A DNA stretch of 64,000 nt. Origin: Abditibacterium sp. Its GTDB lineage: Bacteria; Armatimonadota; Abditibacteriia; Abditibacteriales; Abditibacteriaceae. The stretch lies in the NCBI GenBank assembly GCA_965199495.1, contig CBDASK010000003.1, positions 3,648,001 through 3,712,000 of the forward strand, in the 5' to 3' direction. Of this stretch, positions 17,749 to 26,881 are shown one piece after another (position 1 is the first letter of the stretch; each line of letters opens with the position of its first letter). Both the position numbers and the translations under genes were made by a program. Under the pieces are notes generated by a model. It was not told the DNA's origin and did no database searches. It worked only from the letters and a program-made list of their open reading frames with translations.

Positions 17749-18525
17749 TTACCGTGTGCCGTTGAAGTCCGAGTTGGAGTAGTTGGTGCTGACGTAGGGA
17801 TCGCGCAGGTCGTCGCCGTAGGTCGCCGAATTGGAGCGCAGCGATTCTTTGCCCGCCTCGACGCTCGAATTGAGTTTGTCCAAGGCGCCCGAAATTTTGT
17901 CCAAGACTTCAAACGCGTAATCGTCGGCGTGACGGCGCAACTCTTCGGCTTGCGCGTTGGCGCTGGCGAGATGGGCGTCGGCTTCTTCGTTGGCGCGCTG
18001 GGTCACGGCGTCTTCGGCGACCAGAGCGTCGGCCCGTTTTTGCGCGTTTTCTTCGATGTGCATGGCGCGGTCATTGGCTTCGTCAATTGTGCGTTTGGCC
18101 TGCGCATCGGCGGCTTCGGTGGTGCGCGTGGCTTTAGTGTTGGCGACTTCGGTGGTGCGATTGATTTGGATTTCCGCGTCGTTCATCATCCGATCCACCT
18201 GGTTTTTGGCTTCGGCAATCGCCCGATCCGAGCGATTGCGCGCATCGGTCACCAATTTCTCGGCGTCGCGCTCGGCGGTATTAATCAGCCGGTCGGCCTC
18301 GGTCTGGGCGCTCTTGACGACGGCCTCGGCTTTGTTCATCAAGTCCTCGGCTTCCTTCATGGACTTGGGCAGGGCCGAGCGCAGTTGCTGCACTTTGCTG
18401 AAAAAATCCTCTTCGGGCACCAATCGTTTGCCCAAAATGCCTTTTCCTTCTTCTACGAGCTGTTCCAGCTCGTCAATAATACGTAAAATATTGATGGTAA
18501 TTGTCTCCTCCGATGCTCGAAACAT
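17749..18525 (-). CDS. Coiled-coil protein of the type usually found beside rsmD/coaD (DivIVA/ATPase-subunit-like); true start may be ATC at 18495
   Basis: ILRIIDELEQLVEEG...LPKSMKEAEDL, repeated AxxEAxxL helices, ADDYAFEVL. Confidence 0.75.
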   Translation of the reverse strand: MFRASEETITINILRIIDELEQLVEEGKGILGKRLVPEEDFFSKVQQLRSALPKSMKEAEDLMNKAEAVVKSAQTEADRLINTAERDAEKLVTDARNRSDRAIAEAKNQVDRMMNDAEIQINRTTEVANTKATRTTEAADAQAKRTIDEANDRAMHIEENAQKRADALVAEDAVTQRANEEADAHLASANAQAEELRRHADDYAFEVLDKISGALDKLNSSVEAGKESLRSNSATYGDDLRDPYVSTNYSNSDFNGTR

Positions 18526-18650
18526 CGGCTTGAAATTTGAATGATTTGAGTTGCGCCGGGAAAGATTTTCGGCTTTCTCGCGCGCGTAATTTTTCGCTAC
18601 GACGTGTTTTGATGTTATCGAATTCGCGCCTGTTTTCCTGCGTCCTAACT

Positions 18651-19310
18651 TCAGTCTACTTTCTGCTCTGCGACGATTTTTTCTCGCAAAAACGACAAGA
18701 CCGATTCGCCCGCGCGTTTGGTTCGCACTAAATCGAAGTGCTCCAATGCGGGCAGTTCCACACGGCGCGAGTGCTGCACGACAATGAGTCCATCCGCTCT
18801 TGCGGCGCGCGCAGAAATGACGTTATTTTCAGTATGCTGGTTTTCGATCTCGTTTTCACGCGTTTCGACCCTTTCATTATTCAACAAAATGGGCAACGCG
18901 TCCAACCTTTTTGCGATTTCTGCACCCTCTTCGGGCTTGGCAAACGGCGGGTCAGCGAAAATAAAATCGAACTTCACGCCGTCATCGGCCAATTTCTGGG
19001 GCGCCGTGCGCGCGTTAGCCGACCAAATCTGCGTCAAACCGTCGGCTCGCAACTTTTTGACATTGGCGCGCAAAGCCCGAATCGCGCTATGTTCTAATTC
19101 AACAAAAGTGCAATGCGCCGCGCCGCGCGACAGCGCTTCCAGCCCGACGGCACCCGAACCCGCGTATAAATCTAAAACGCGCGCGTCCACGATCCAGTCG
19201 CCCAACGAATTGAACAGCATTTCGCGCGTGCGCCCGTCGGTTGGGCGCGTCGCGTTGCTGTGCGGAGCCTGTAAAACCTGCCCCAGCCAATAACCACCTT
19301 CGATTCTCAT
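18651..19310 (-). CDS. rsmD: 16S rRNA m2G966 methyltransferase
   Basis: MRIEGG, TRPTDGRTREMLFN, VLDLYAGSGAVGLEALSRGA, FADPPF. Confidence 0.9.
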   Translation of the reverse strand: MRIEGGYWLGQVLQAPHSNATRPTDGRTREMLFNSLGDWIVDARVLDLYAGSGAVGLEALSRGAAHCTFVELEHSAIRALRANVKKLRADGLTQIWSANARTAPQKLADDGVKFDFIFADPPFAKPEEGAEIAKRLDALPILLNNERVETRENEIENQHTENNVISARAARADGLIVVQHSRRVELPALEHFDLVRTKRAGESVLSFLREKIVAEQKVD

Positions 19311-19516
19311 CGCTGACAGTTTGACTGATTGGTGCCTTTCCCATTGGCGTTGTGTTGAGGAGAGAAAGCGGGCATTCCCCCAGCACCCCAAGCGAGTTTG
19401 GAACGTCCTTTGCTTTAGTCCGCCCCACGACTCGATAAGACCGAATTCTCGCCGCAAATTTCATTGTAATTGTGCGATAATTGTCACTCGAATCACCCTA
19501 AATTTCAGGAGTTTTG

Positions 19517-20755
19517 ATGTCCGCTTCATCCTTAGTATCTTCTCACCTTTCGCTTTCCTATCCAATTATCGTCCACTGTCATCTGCACTGGGATTTCGTG
19601 TGGCAACGCCCGCAACAATTTCACTCGCGACTTTCGACGCGCCATCGCATTCTGTTCGTCGAAGGCCCGCGCGTTTATCCCGGCACCATACCGCCGCATT
19701 TTACGTTGCGCCCAAGCGACGAATATCCCGGCGTAACGGTGATGCAGACGCATTTCAACGAAACCGATTGGGCCAAAGGCGGCGCGTTCATTGACGCCAT
19801 GCGTCGCGAATTGCTCGACGAAGCGTTACGCGGGCCACTCAAAGGCAAGTTCGAGCGTGCCGTGCAGTGGTTCTACGATCCGATGGCTGTCGAGTCGCAT
19901 CTGGGCCAGCACGGCGCCGTGGCGACTGTTTACGACTGCATGGACGAACTGTCGCAATTCAAATTCGCGCCGCCCGAACTCATTACGCGCGAGCGCCGCT
20001 TGCTTCACAATTCCGATGTCGTGTTCGCAGGCGGGCGCAAAATGGCCGAGAATAAAACGCGCTTCAACGCCAACACGCACTTTTACGGTTGCGGTGTCGA
20101 TGTCGCCCATTTTGGCAAGGCGCGCGCTGCGGCGACGCTCATTCCCGAAGACATCGCGCATTTGGACGGCCCGATTCTGGGCTATTTCGGCGTGGTTGAC
20201 GAGCGTTTGGATTACGAACTCATCGCGCAACTGGCCGATGCGCGTCCCGATTGGAACGTTGTAATGGTCGGCCCAACCGCCAAGGTTTTGCCCGAAGATT
20301 TGCCGCAACGCCCCAATTTGCATTGGCTGGGCGGACGTCCTTACGAGCAGTTGCCCGCCTACACCAAAGCGTTCGATGTCTGTTTGATGCCGTTCGCGCT
20401 CAATGAGGCGACGGAATATATCAATCCGACCAAAGCCTTGGAGTACATGGCCACAGCCACGCCGATTGTTTCGAGCGCGGTGCCTGATGTCTGCTCCAAT
20501 TTTTCGAGTGTGGTGAAAATTGCCGCTTCGACCGATGAGTTCGTCGCGATGTGCCGCGAACAAGTCGCGCAACCCGACGAAATGGCCGTCGAGCGCGGAT
20601 TGAAAATGGCGCACGAAAACACCTGGGAAGCGATTGTGGCCAAATTGGAAGGCCATATTGATAAAGCGTTGCACCAACGCGAAAACGCCGTGATGAAACT
20701 GCGTTTGCCGGTCGCCGTGCCTCCACTCCAAGGAGCGACGGCAGTCGCGGCCTAA
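19517..20755 (+). CDS. GT-B glycosyltransferase (glf-associated, GT1/GT4-like)
   Basis: HLHWDFVWQRPQQ, VYDCMDELSQF, GYFGVVDERLD, PFALNEATEYINPTKALEYMA. Confidence 0.88.
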   Translation: MSASSLVSSHLSLSYPIIVHCHLHWDFVWQRPQQFHSRLSTRHRILFVEGPRVYPGTIPPHFTLRPSDEYPGVTVMQTHFNETDWAKGGAFIDAMRRELLDEALRGPLKGKFERAVQWFYDPMAVESHLGQHGAVATVYDCMDELSQFKFAPPELITRERRLLHNSDVVFAGGRKMAENKTRFNANTHFYGCGVDVAHFGKARAAATLIPEDIAHLDGPILGYFGVVDERLDYELIAQLADARPDWNVVMVGPTAKVLPEDLPQRPNLHWLGGRPYEQLPAYTKAFDVCLMPFALNEATEYINPTKALEYMATATPIVSSAVPDVCSNFSSVVKIAASTDEFVAMCREQVAQPDEMAVERGLKMAHENTWEAIVAKLEGHIDKALHQRENAVMKLRLPVAVPPLQGATAVAA

Positions 20756-20760
20756 TTCTC

Positions 20761-20843
20761 GTAGAGGCGCAGATTTATCGCGTCTCAAACAGAAGGTTGG
20801 AATTAACCATTCTGTTTGAGACGCGATAAATCTGCGCCTCTAC
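20761..20843. repeat. Family A REP doublet
   Basis: GTAGAGGCGCAGATTTATCGCGTCTCAAACAGAA...TTCTGTTTGAGACGCGATAAATCTGCGCCTCTAC, near-perfect palindrome. Confidence 0.85.
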
Positions 20844-20853
20844 TCAACGAACA

Positions 20854-21954
20854 ATGTTTGATTTTCTCATCGTCGGCGCCGGTTTTTCCGGCTCCGTTAT
20901 CGCCGAAAGATTAGCTTCGCAGCAAAATAAAAAAGTATTATTGGTAGATCGTCGTCCGCATATCGCCGGTAACGCCTACGACTATTACGATGACGCCGGA
21001 ATTTTAATTCATAAATACGGCCCGCATATCTTTCATACCAACTCGAAAGATGTTTTCGATTATTTGTCGCACTTTACCGCGTGGCGTCAGTATCAACACT
21101 GGGTCAAAGCCAATGTGGACGGTCAATTGGTGCCGATGCCGATTAACCTCGACACGATTAACCAGCTTTACGGCTTAAACCTCAATTCGATGCAGGTCGA
21201 AGAGTTCTTCGCCAGTCAAGCCGAAAAAGTCGAGCAGATTCGCACGAGCGAAGATGTCGTCGTCTCCAAAGTCGGGCGTGAGTTATACGAAAAGTTTTTC
21301 CAAGGCTACACCCGCAAACAATGGGCGCTTGACCCGTCGGAACTCGATGCGAGCGTCACGTCTCGCGTGCCGACGCGCACCAATCGCGACGGGCGCTATT
21401 TCACCGATAGTTATCAGGCGATGCCGCGATATGGTTTCACGCGGATGTTCGAGAATATGCTCGATCACGATAACATCAAGATTCTGCTCAACTGCGATTA
21501 TCGCGAAGTCATGGATTTCGTGCCCTACAAAAACATCATTTACACCGGCCCAGTTGACGAATTTTTCGACTATCGTTTTGGCAAATTGCCGTATCGTTCA
21601 ATTGATTTTAAGTTCGAGAGCTACGATCAGGAACAATATCAAGTCGCGCCAGTTATTAATTATCCCAACGATTACGCGTATACGCGCATCACCGAATTCA
21701 AATATTTGACGGGTCAGGAACATCGCAAAACCAGCATCGTTTACGAATTCCCGACGGCGGACGGCGATCCGTATTACCCGATTCCGCGCCCGGAAAACGC
21801 CGAGGTTTACAAGCAATATCAAGCGTTGGCGAGCGAGCAGAAAAACGTGTGGTTTGTAGGACGTTTGGCGACTTACAAATACTACAACATGGATCAGTGC
21901 GTGGCGCAGGCGCTCGCGACTTACAAGAAAATCGTGGCGAGCGAAGGGTTATAA
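20854..21954 (+). CDS. glf: UDP-galactopyranose mutase
   Basis: IVGAGFSG, HIAGNAYD, HKYGPHIFHT, YTRKQW, PYYPIP, GRLATYKYYNMDQ. Confidence 0.97.
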   Translation: MFDFLIVGAGFSGSVIAERLASQQNKKVLLVDRRPHIAGNAYDYYDDAGILIHKYGPHIFHTNSKDVFDYLSHFTAWRQYQHWVKANVDGQLVPMPINLDTINQLYGLNLNSMQVEEFFASQAEKVEQIRTSEDVVVSKVGRELYEKFFQGYTRKQWALDPSELDASVTSRVPTRTNRDGRYFTDSYQAMPRYGFTRMFENMLDHDNIKILLNCDYREVMDFVPYKNIIYTGPVDEFFDYRFGKLPYRSIDFKFESYDQEQYQVAPVINYPNDYAYTRITEFKYLTGQEHRKTSIVYEFPTADGDPYYPIPRPENAEVYKQYQALASEQKNVWFVGRLATYKYYNMDQCVAQALATYKKIVASEGL

Positions 21955-23274
21955 ATTCGCGTTTTCTTGGAGAATCTGAACGACGCCGCTGGCGTGGCTG
22001 TTGCCAGCCACGTCGAGCGGCGTTTGTCCTTTGTTATTGCGCGCCGTCGGGTCGGCGCCGCGTCGTAATAATTTGCGCACGATGTCGCCGACATCTTGCA
22101 AATGAGCCACGCGATGAAGCGGCGTATCGCCGTTTGCGTCGCGCGATTTAACGTTGGCGCCGTTTTCCAGTAGCCAATTGACGACGAGCCAATTTCTGTC
22201 GTCAATAGCCTCAGCTAACGGCGTCTGTTCTTTAACGGCTTTATCAAACGGCGTCTGTTTCTGAAAATAATGACCGTTGATATTGGCGCCATAATCGCGC
22301 AAAATCCACAGGGTTTGCAGCGTTAAGTTCGGTGTGTTTCCATGCACATAATTTTTATTAATATAAGCGACGGCATTGCGTCCGCTTTTGTCGCGCGCGT
22401 TGACATCGGCGCCCTGACGCAGTAACCATGAAATTGTCACCGGTTCGCGTTGCTCGGCGGCGGCCATCAGTAGCGTCGTGCCGTCTTTGGCAACTTGGTC
22501 GAGATGGGCGCCCGCTTTCATCAATTTTGGAGCAATTATAAGAACCCAATCGTTTTGAAAGTGCGGGCAATAACTATTGACCGCGTAAAACAAAACGTTG
22601 CGGCCTTTGTCGTCAAGGCGCGTGGCATCGGCGCCCTGTTGTAACAATAATTCGACCGCCGATTGTTTCCCATTTTCTGCCGCCAACATCAGCCACGTCG
22701 TGCCGCCAGTTCGATTATCGTTCCAACTATCGGCGATTTGAGCGGGTGTAAATCGCGCGCCTGCCGCGATGAGTTTCGCCGCATTATGATTGGAGATAAC
22801 CGCGTTGGTCAGCGCATCCGCGCCCTGTGGCGCTTTCAAATCGGCGCCCGCTTCGATATACCAATTCATCGCGTCGTCTTTGTCGTCGCCATACCAACTG
22901 GCGGTTGTGGCAATTGTTAGCGCCGTTTCGCCTTTGTTGTCGCGCAAATTCACGTCGGCGCCTCGGTCGAGCAGCAACCGAATAATAGCCGAATTTTGCA
23001 TCGGATTGCTGCGCTCGACGTAAACGCTGCTCGCCGCCATCAGCGCCGTCGTCCCATCGGCATTGCGCGCGTTGACATCGGTGCCCGCGTCCAACAAGGC
23101 GGCGACGTTTTTCGGATCGTTTTCCCAAATGCTGGCTTGACCGATTAAAGCATCGGCTCCTATATCGTCAGTTTTAAGTGAAGCGGGCGGCGTCACGGGT
23201 TGCGCCCGCAACGGCGCCGCTAACGACAATGCAATGCTTAATGCAAAAACTCTCTGAAAAAAGCGTTGGTTCAT
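21949..23274 (-). CDS. Secreted ankyrin-repeat protein
   Basis: Signal peptide; repeated GADVNARD.xG.T.L..A units. Confidence 0.9.
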   Translation of the reverse strand: MNQRFFQRVFALSIALSLAAPLRAQPVTPPASLKTDDIGADALIGQASIWENDPKNVAALLDAGTDVNARNADGTTALMAASSVYVERSNPMQNSAIIRLLLDRGADVNLRDNKGETALTIATTASWYGDDKDDAMNWYIEAGADLKAPQGADALTNAVISNHNAAKLIAAGARFTPAQIADSWNDNRTGGTTWLMLAAENGKQSAVELLLQQGADATRLDDKGRNVLFYAVNSYCPHFQNDWVLIIAPKLMKAGAHLDQVAKDGTTLLMAAAEQREPVTISWLLRQGADVNARDKSGRNAVAYINKNYVHGNTPNLTLQTLWILRDYGANINGHYFQKQTPFDKAVKEQTPLAEAIDDRNWLVVNWLLENGANVKSRDANGDTPLHRVAHLQDVGDIVRKLLRRGADPTARNNKGQTPLDVAGNSHASGVVQILQENANL

Positions 23275-23343
23275 TGAAGTTATATTATCAATAAATGCGA
23301 GTGTGAGCAAGTCAGAGCGCGATTTGAGTAAAATCAAAAGTCA

Positions 23344-24144
23344 ATGATTCCCGTCACCATTATCGGCGCCGCCGGGCGCATGGGCCGCGAAACCGTGAAA
23401 GCCGTTTGCGCCGATTCAGAAATTGAACTCGTCGGCGCCGTCGGGCGCTCGCTCGCCGGAAATGATGCCGGAGAAGTCGCTGGCATCAGCCACGTCGGCG
23501 TGGCGATTTCGGATGACATCGAAACCGCGCTCAAGAATGCGCGCGTCGCGGTTGATTTATCGGTTCCCGCCGTCGTCAAAGCGAACATCGCGGCGATACT
23601 CGCGGCGGGCGTGGCTGGTGTTGTCGGCACGACCGGTTTGACCGAATCCGATTTAAGCGAATTAGACGAAGCGGCGAAAAAAGCGAATGTGCCGCTTTTA
23701 ATCGCGCCCAACTTTGCCATCGGCGCGATTTTGATGATGCGATTTGCCGCCGATGCCGCGCGGTATTTCGACAGCGCCGAAATTATCGAGCGCCATCACG
23801 ATAAAAAATTGGACGCGCCATCGGGCACGGCTTTTAAAACCGCGCTCGCCATGCGAGAAGCGCGCGGCGCAGATTTCGCGCGCATCGGCGGCGACAGCGC
23901 CGACGAGAATTCGTCCGCGATTGGCGCGCGCGGTGGCGCGATTGGCGGCGTTTCCATTCATTCCGTGCGTTTGCCGGGTTATCTGGCGCATCAGGAAGTC
24001 GTGTTTGGCATGGCCGGACAAACCTTAAAAATTCAGCACGACGCAATTTCGCGCGAATGTTATATGCCGGGTGTGTTGCTGGCGATTAAAAAAGTCTGGG
24101 ATTTGCCGGTCGGTTTGACGTTTGGCTTGGAGGCGATTTTGTAA
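23344..24144 (+). CDS. dapB: 4-hydroxy-tetrahydrodipicolinate reductase
   Basis: IIGAAGRMG, VVGTTG, APNFAIG, ERHHDKKLDAPSGTA. Confidence 0.97.
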   Translation: MIPVTIIGAAGRMGRETVKAVCADSEIELVGAVGRSLAGNDAGEVAGISHVGVAISDDIETALKNARVAVDLSVPAVVKANIAAILAAGVAGVVGTTGLTESDLSELDEAAKKANVPLLIAPNFAIGAILMMRFAADAARYFDSAEIIERHHDKKLDAPSGTAFKTALAMREARGADFARIGGDSADENSSAIGARGGAIGGVSIHSVRLPGYLAHQEVVFGMAGQTLKIQHDAISRECYMPGVLLAIKKVWDLPVGLTFGLEAIL

Positions 24145-24641
24145 TGCGAATCAACTCGGTCGCAATCTTGATTCGGCGCTTCAATGAAGCGGGCGTGCGT
24201 TACCTTATCGCGGGCGGTTTCGCCGTTGTGGCGCATGGTTACTCGCGCTTCACGGTGGATTTGGATTTCGTGTTGGACTTGGAGCCGGAGAACGCCGCCA
24301 AAGCATTGGAGATTTTGAAAGACGAGGGCTACGCGCCGACGATTCCCGTGCCCATTGAACAGTTCGCCGATGCGGAACTGCGCAAAGATTGGGCGGAAAA
24401 TCGCAATATGGTCGCGTTTCCCTTGCAAAGCGAGAAGCACCGCGAAACCAGAGTTGACGTTTTCGTGCGAGAACCTTTCGATTTCGAGCGCGCTCATGCC
24501 GAGCGGTTTCGCGGCGACATCGTGCCCGAACTCACTGCCGATTTCGTCTCGTTTGAGGATTTGATGAAGCTGAAAACCGAAGCCAGTCGTCCCAAGGATT
24601 TGCAGGACATTTATTATTTGCGACAGATCAAATTGCCATGA
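24144..24641 (+). CDS. Nucleotidyltransferase (DUF6036/AbiEii-like)
   Basis: YLIAGGFAVVAHGYSRFTVDLDF and C-terminal K..ASRPKDLQDI; TAATG coupling to dapB. Confidence 0.8.
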   Translation: MRINSVAILIRRFNEAGVRYLIAGGFAVVAHGYSRFTVDLDFVLDLEPENAAKALEILKDEGYAPTIPVPIEQFADAELRKDWAENRNMVAFPLQSEKHRETRVDVFVREPFDFERAHAERFRGDIVPELTADFVSFEDLMKLKTEASRPKDLQDIYYLRQIKLP

Positions 24642-24841
24642 GTAACATCCCCGCCGACTTTCCCGAAATCGATTGGACGGTGCCCGCCGATCCCTACGAA
24701 ATCGCGCAACTCCGCGATGTTGCAAAATGGCCGTTGTGGGAAAAATTGCAGTGGCTTGAATCGGCGCAAGAAATCGCGGATTCGCTGGAAGCATCGCGTT
24801 TGAAGCAGGCCCGTTTGGCGCGCGAGTCACGGCAAAAGTGA
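24638..24841 (+). CDS. Small helical partner protein (putative antitoxin-like), copy 1
   Basis: 67 aa, ATGA overlap with the nucleotidyltransferase; WPLWEKLQWLESA; conserved paralog at 26664. Confidence 0.75.
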   Translation: MSNIPADFPEIDWTVPADPYEIAQLRDVAKWPLWEKLQWLESAQEIADSLEASRLKQARLARESRQK

Positions 24842-25067
24842 GTTTTATAGACATGCGCTCGCGCCAACCTTGGTAAATTTTGCGCGCGGGGGTTTCGACG
24901 ACCCAGCGCCCACAGCGCGGTGCCGAAGTCGTGGCGGCGTGCGGCCAACTGCGCGTTTTGCAAGAAAAACCGGCGTTTGGTATCGAGTGAATTCCGCTTT
25001 TGACCCTACGGTTGGCGGGGATCTATCAGCCGCAACTTTTTCAAACCCACAAACTCAATACAATTCT

Positions 25068-26516
25068 ATGAAACCGACTTTTCGCGGCGTTTGGCTGATT
25101 CCGGCGAGTTTTATTCTGGTTTTCGCGGCCCAAGCACAGCCGCAAGATCCGCCGCCGACGGCGGCGGATGAGAGAACTTCGCTGACGCCGCCGATGTCTT
25201 TGGCGGATCTGGAAACATTCATCGGCGGACGCACTTTGCTTTCGGTCGATTTGAAAAATGTGCCGCTCGCCGACGTTGCCAGCGCGCTCGGTCAAGCGGC
25301 GGGTTGGAAAATCACGTCGCCGACCGTGGCTCAGAACCATTACTCATTGCAAGCGCAAAATGCGCCGTTTTGGGAGGCGCTTCTCGACCATTCGCGCCTG
25401 ATTCGCCGAGGCCGCGCCGCCAAAGACAAATCCACCGTTGACCAAACGCAGCTCAATGACTTCAATTTGAGCAAAGACGGCGAGAATTGGCTTTTGCGCG
25501 AATCTGGCGAAATGCCCGCTGGTTACGTCTCGAAAAGTTGGCCGTTTTTGCTGGTGGGAACGCAACTCACGCGCACTCAAAAGGCGTTCTTGGGCGACGA
25601 CGAGATTCAAATTCCACCCAAATCGTTCGATTTCATGCGCTTTCCTCTGACGCCCGCGCCCCAATTTGGCAAGCCCAAAACCGAAGCCGAAACGCCCGAA
25701 ATGCCGCAGGAAAAACGTTGGATGGATGGTTTGGATTTCCAAATCAGCGCCTTCAACGACCCCAAAATCGAGGCGCGTGAACTCACGGTGGAAGTTCTCG
25801 AAGCGACTGACGAACTTGGCAACGATTTGCGAGTGCCGCTCATCGCTCAAAACCGCAATCGCAATTTATATGGCGGCAATTATTATGGCGGCAGCACGCC
25901 AATCACGCTCGCGCTGCAATCGAAGCCGAAAATGGGCAAAAAGCTCGTCAAATTGCGCGGGAATTTGCGATTCCTCATCACCACAAAGCTCCAGCATTGG
26001 GAAACGACGGCTCTCCAAACGCCCGTCAACGGCAACATTTGGCAAGACGGCGGCGAGTTTCAGACCCAATTTTCCGGTCTGAAAAAGGACGCTGTGGGCC
26101 GTGGCGATTGGAGACTGACTTTAACGGCGCAAAGTCGCGGTGACCATTTGCGCCGTTTGTGGAACACGCGCGATTTTGGCACTTTTCTTTTTAACGGTTG
26201 GAAAATGATTTTGACCGACGACAAAGGCCAAAATTTCCGAATTTCCCCTGCTGGCTTACGTGCTTCTTTAACTATGGGCGCTGAGCAACAAAATGGGCCA
26301 CTTTCGCCCGACCGTTCGCCGCTCCCGCCCGATATTTCCGACTGGAAATATGAGGGCGAGGCGAATTTCTATTTCGCAGCGCCACAAAATTCCGGCTCCG
26401 ACGCGCCCGAAATCAAGATGGGGCAGCCGATCAAACTCAGCATTGATTATCCCGCCGAGCAGCGCGAAATCGTGGTGCCGTTTGAATTCGATAATCTGCC
26501 GTTGCCGCCTTCGTGA
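25068..26516 (+). CDS. Secreted hypothetical protein
   Basis: Signal peptide MKPTFRGVWLIPASFILVFAAQA; ends VPFEFDNLPLP. Confidence 0.75.
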   Translation: MKPTFRGVWLIPASFILVFAAQAQPQDPPPTAADERTSLTPPMSLADLETFIGGRTLLSVDLKNVPLADVASALGQAAGWKITSPTVAQNHYSLQAQNAPFWEALLDHSRLIRRGRAAKDKSTVDQTQLNDFNLSKDGENWLLRESGEMPAGYVSKSWPFLLVGTQLTRTQKAFLGDDEIQIPPKSFDFMRFPLTPAPQFGKPKTEAETPEMPQEKRWMDGLDFQISAFNDPKIEARELTVEVLEATDELGNDLRVPLIAQNRNRNLYGGNYYGGSTPITLALQSKPKMGKKLVKLRGNLRFLITTKLQHWETTALQTPVNGNIWQDGGEFQTQFSGLKKDAVGRGDWRLTLTAQSRGDHLRRLWNTRDFGTFLFNGWKMILTDDKGQNFRISPAGLRASLTMGAEQQNGPLSPDRSPLPPDISDWKYEGEANFYFAAPQNSGSDAPEIKMGQPIKLSIDYPAEQREIVVPFEFDNLPLPPS

Positions 26517-26577
26517 GCGCATCGCGCAAACTGTGGTTTGGATGAAAAATTTTAGTTTTGCACGATTCCAATTTGAA

Positions 26578-26667
26578 TTCGAGGATTTGATGAAGTTCAA
26601 AGCCGAGGCGGGGCGTCCCAAAGATTTGCAGGATATTTATTATCTGCGACAGATCAAATTGCCATGA
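26578..26667 (+). pseudogene. Duplicated last 29 codons of the nucleotidyltransferase gene
   Basis: FEDLMKFKAEAGRPKDLQDIYYLRQIKLP versus FEDLMKLKTEASRPKDLQDIYYLRQIKLP (24552-24641). Confidence 0.85.
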
Positions 26668-26867
26668 ACCCAATTCCCGCCGACTTCCCCGATATTGATT
26701 GGACGGTGCCCGCCGATCCGCACGAAATCGCGCAGTTGCGCTCTTTCGCGCAGTGGCCGCAGTGGGAGAAGTTGGCGTGGCTCGAATCCGCGCAAATTAT
26801 CGCGCAATCTCTGGAAAAATCGCGCTTGCAACAGGCGCGCGAACAGGACGGCGCGTCCGAAAAATAA
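26664..26867 (+). CDS. Small helical partner protein, copy 2
   Basis: 47/67 aa identical to 24638-24841 by manual alignment. Confidence 0.75.
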   Translation: MNPIPADFPDIDWTVPADPHEIAQLRSFAQWPQWEKLAWLESAQIIAQSLEKSRLQQAREQDGASEK

Positions 26868-26881
26868 ACCCGAAAACTCTG

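Noticed and set aside
19311..19440. SAM-I or M-box riboswitch
   Set aside because: Only fragments match (CTTATC...GATGAG; ACGCCAATGGG) and the core motifs are absent. Kept only as an unclassified structured-RNA candidate.
24842..25067. Possible gene remnant on the minus strand
   Set aside because: No frame gave a recognisable protein motif.
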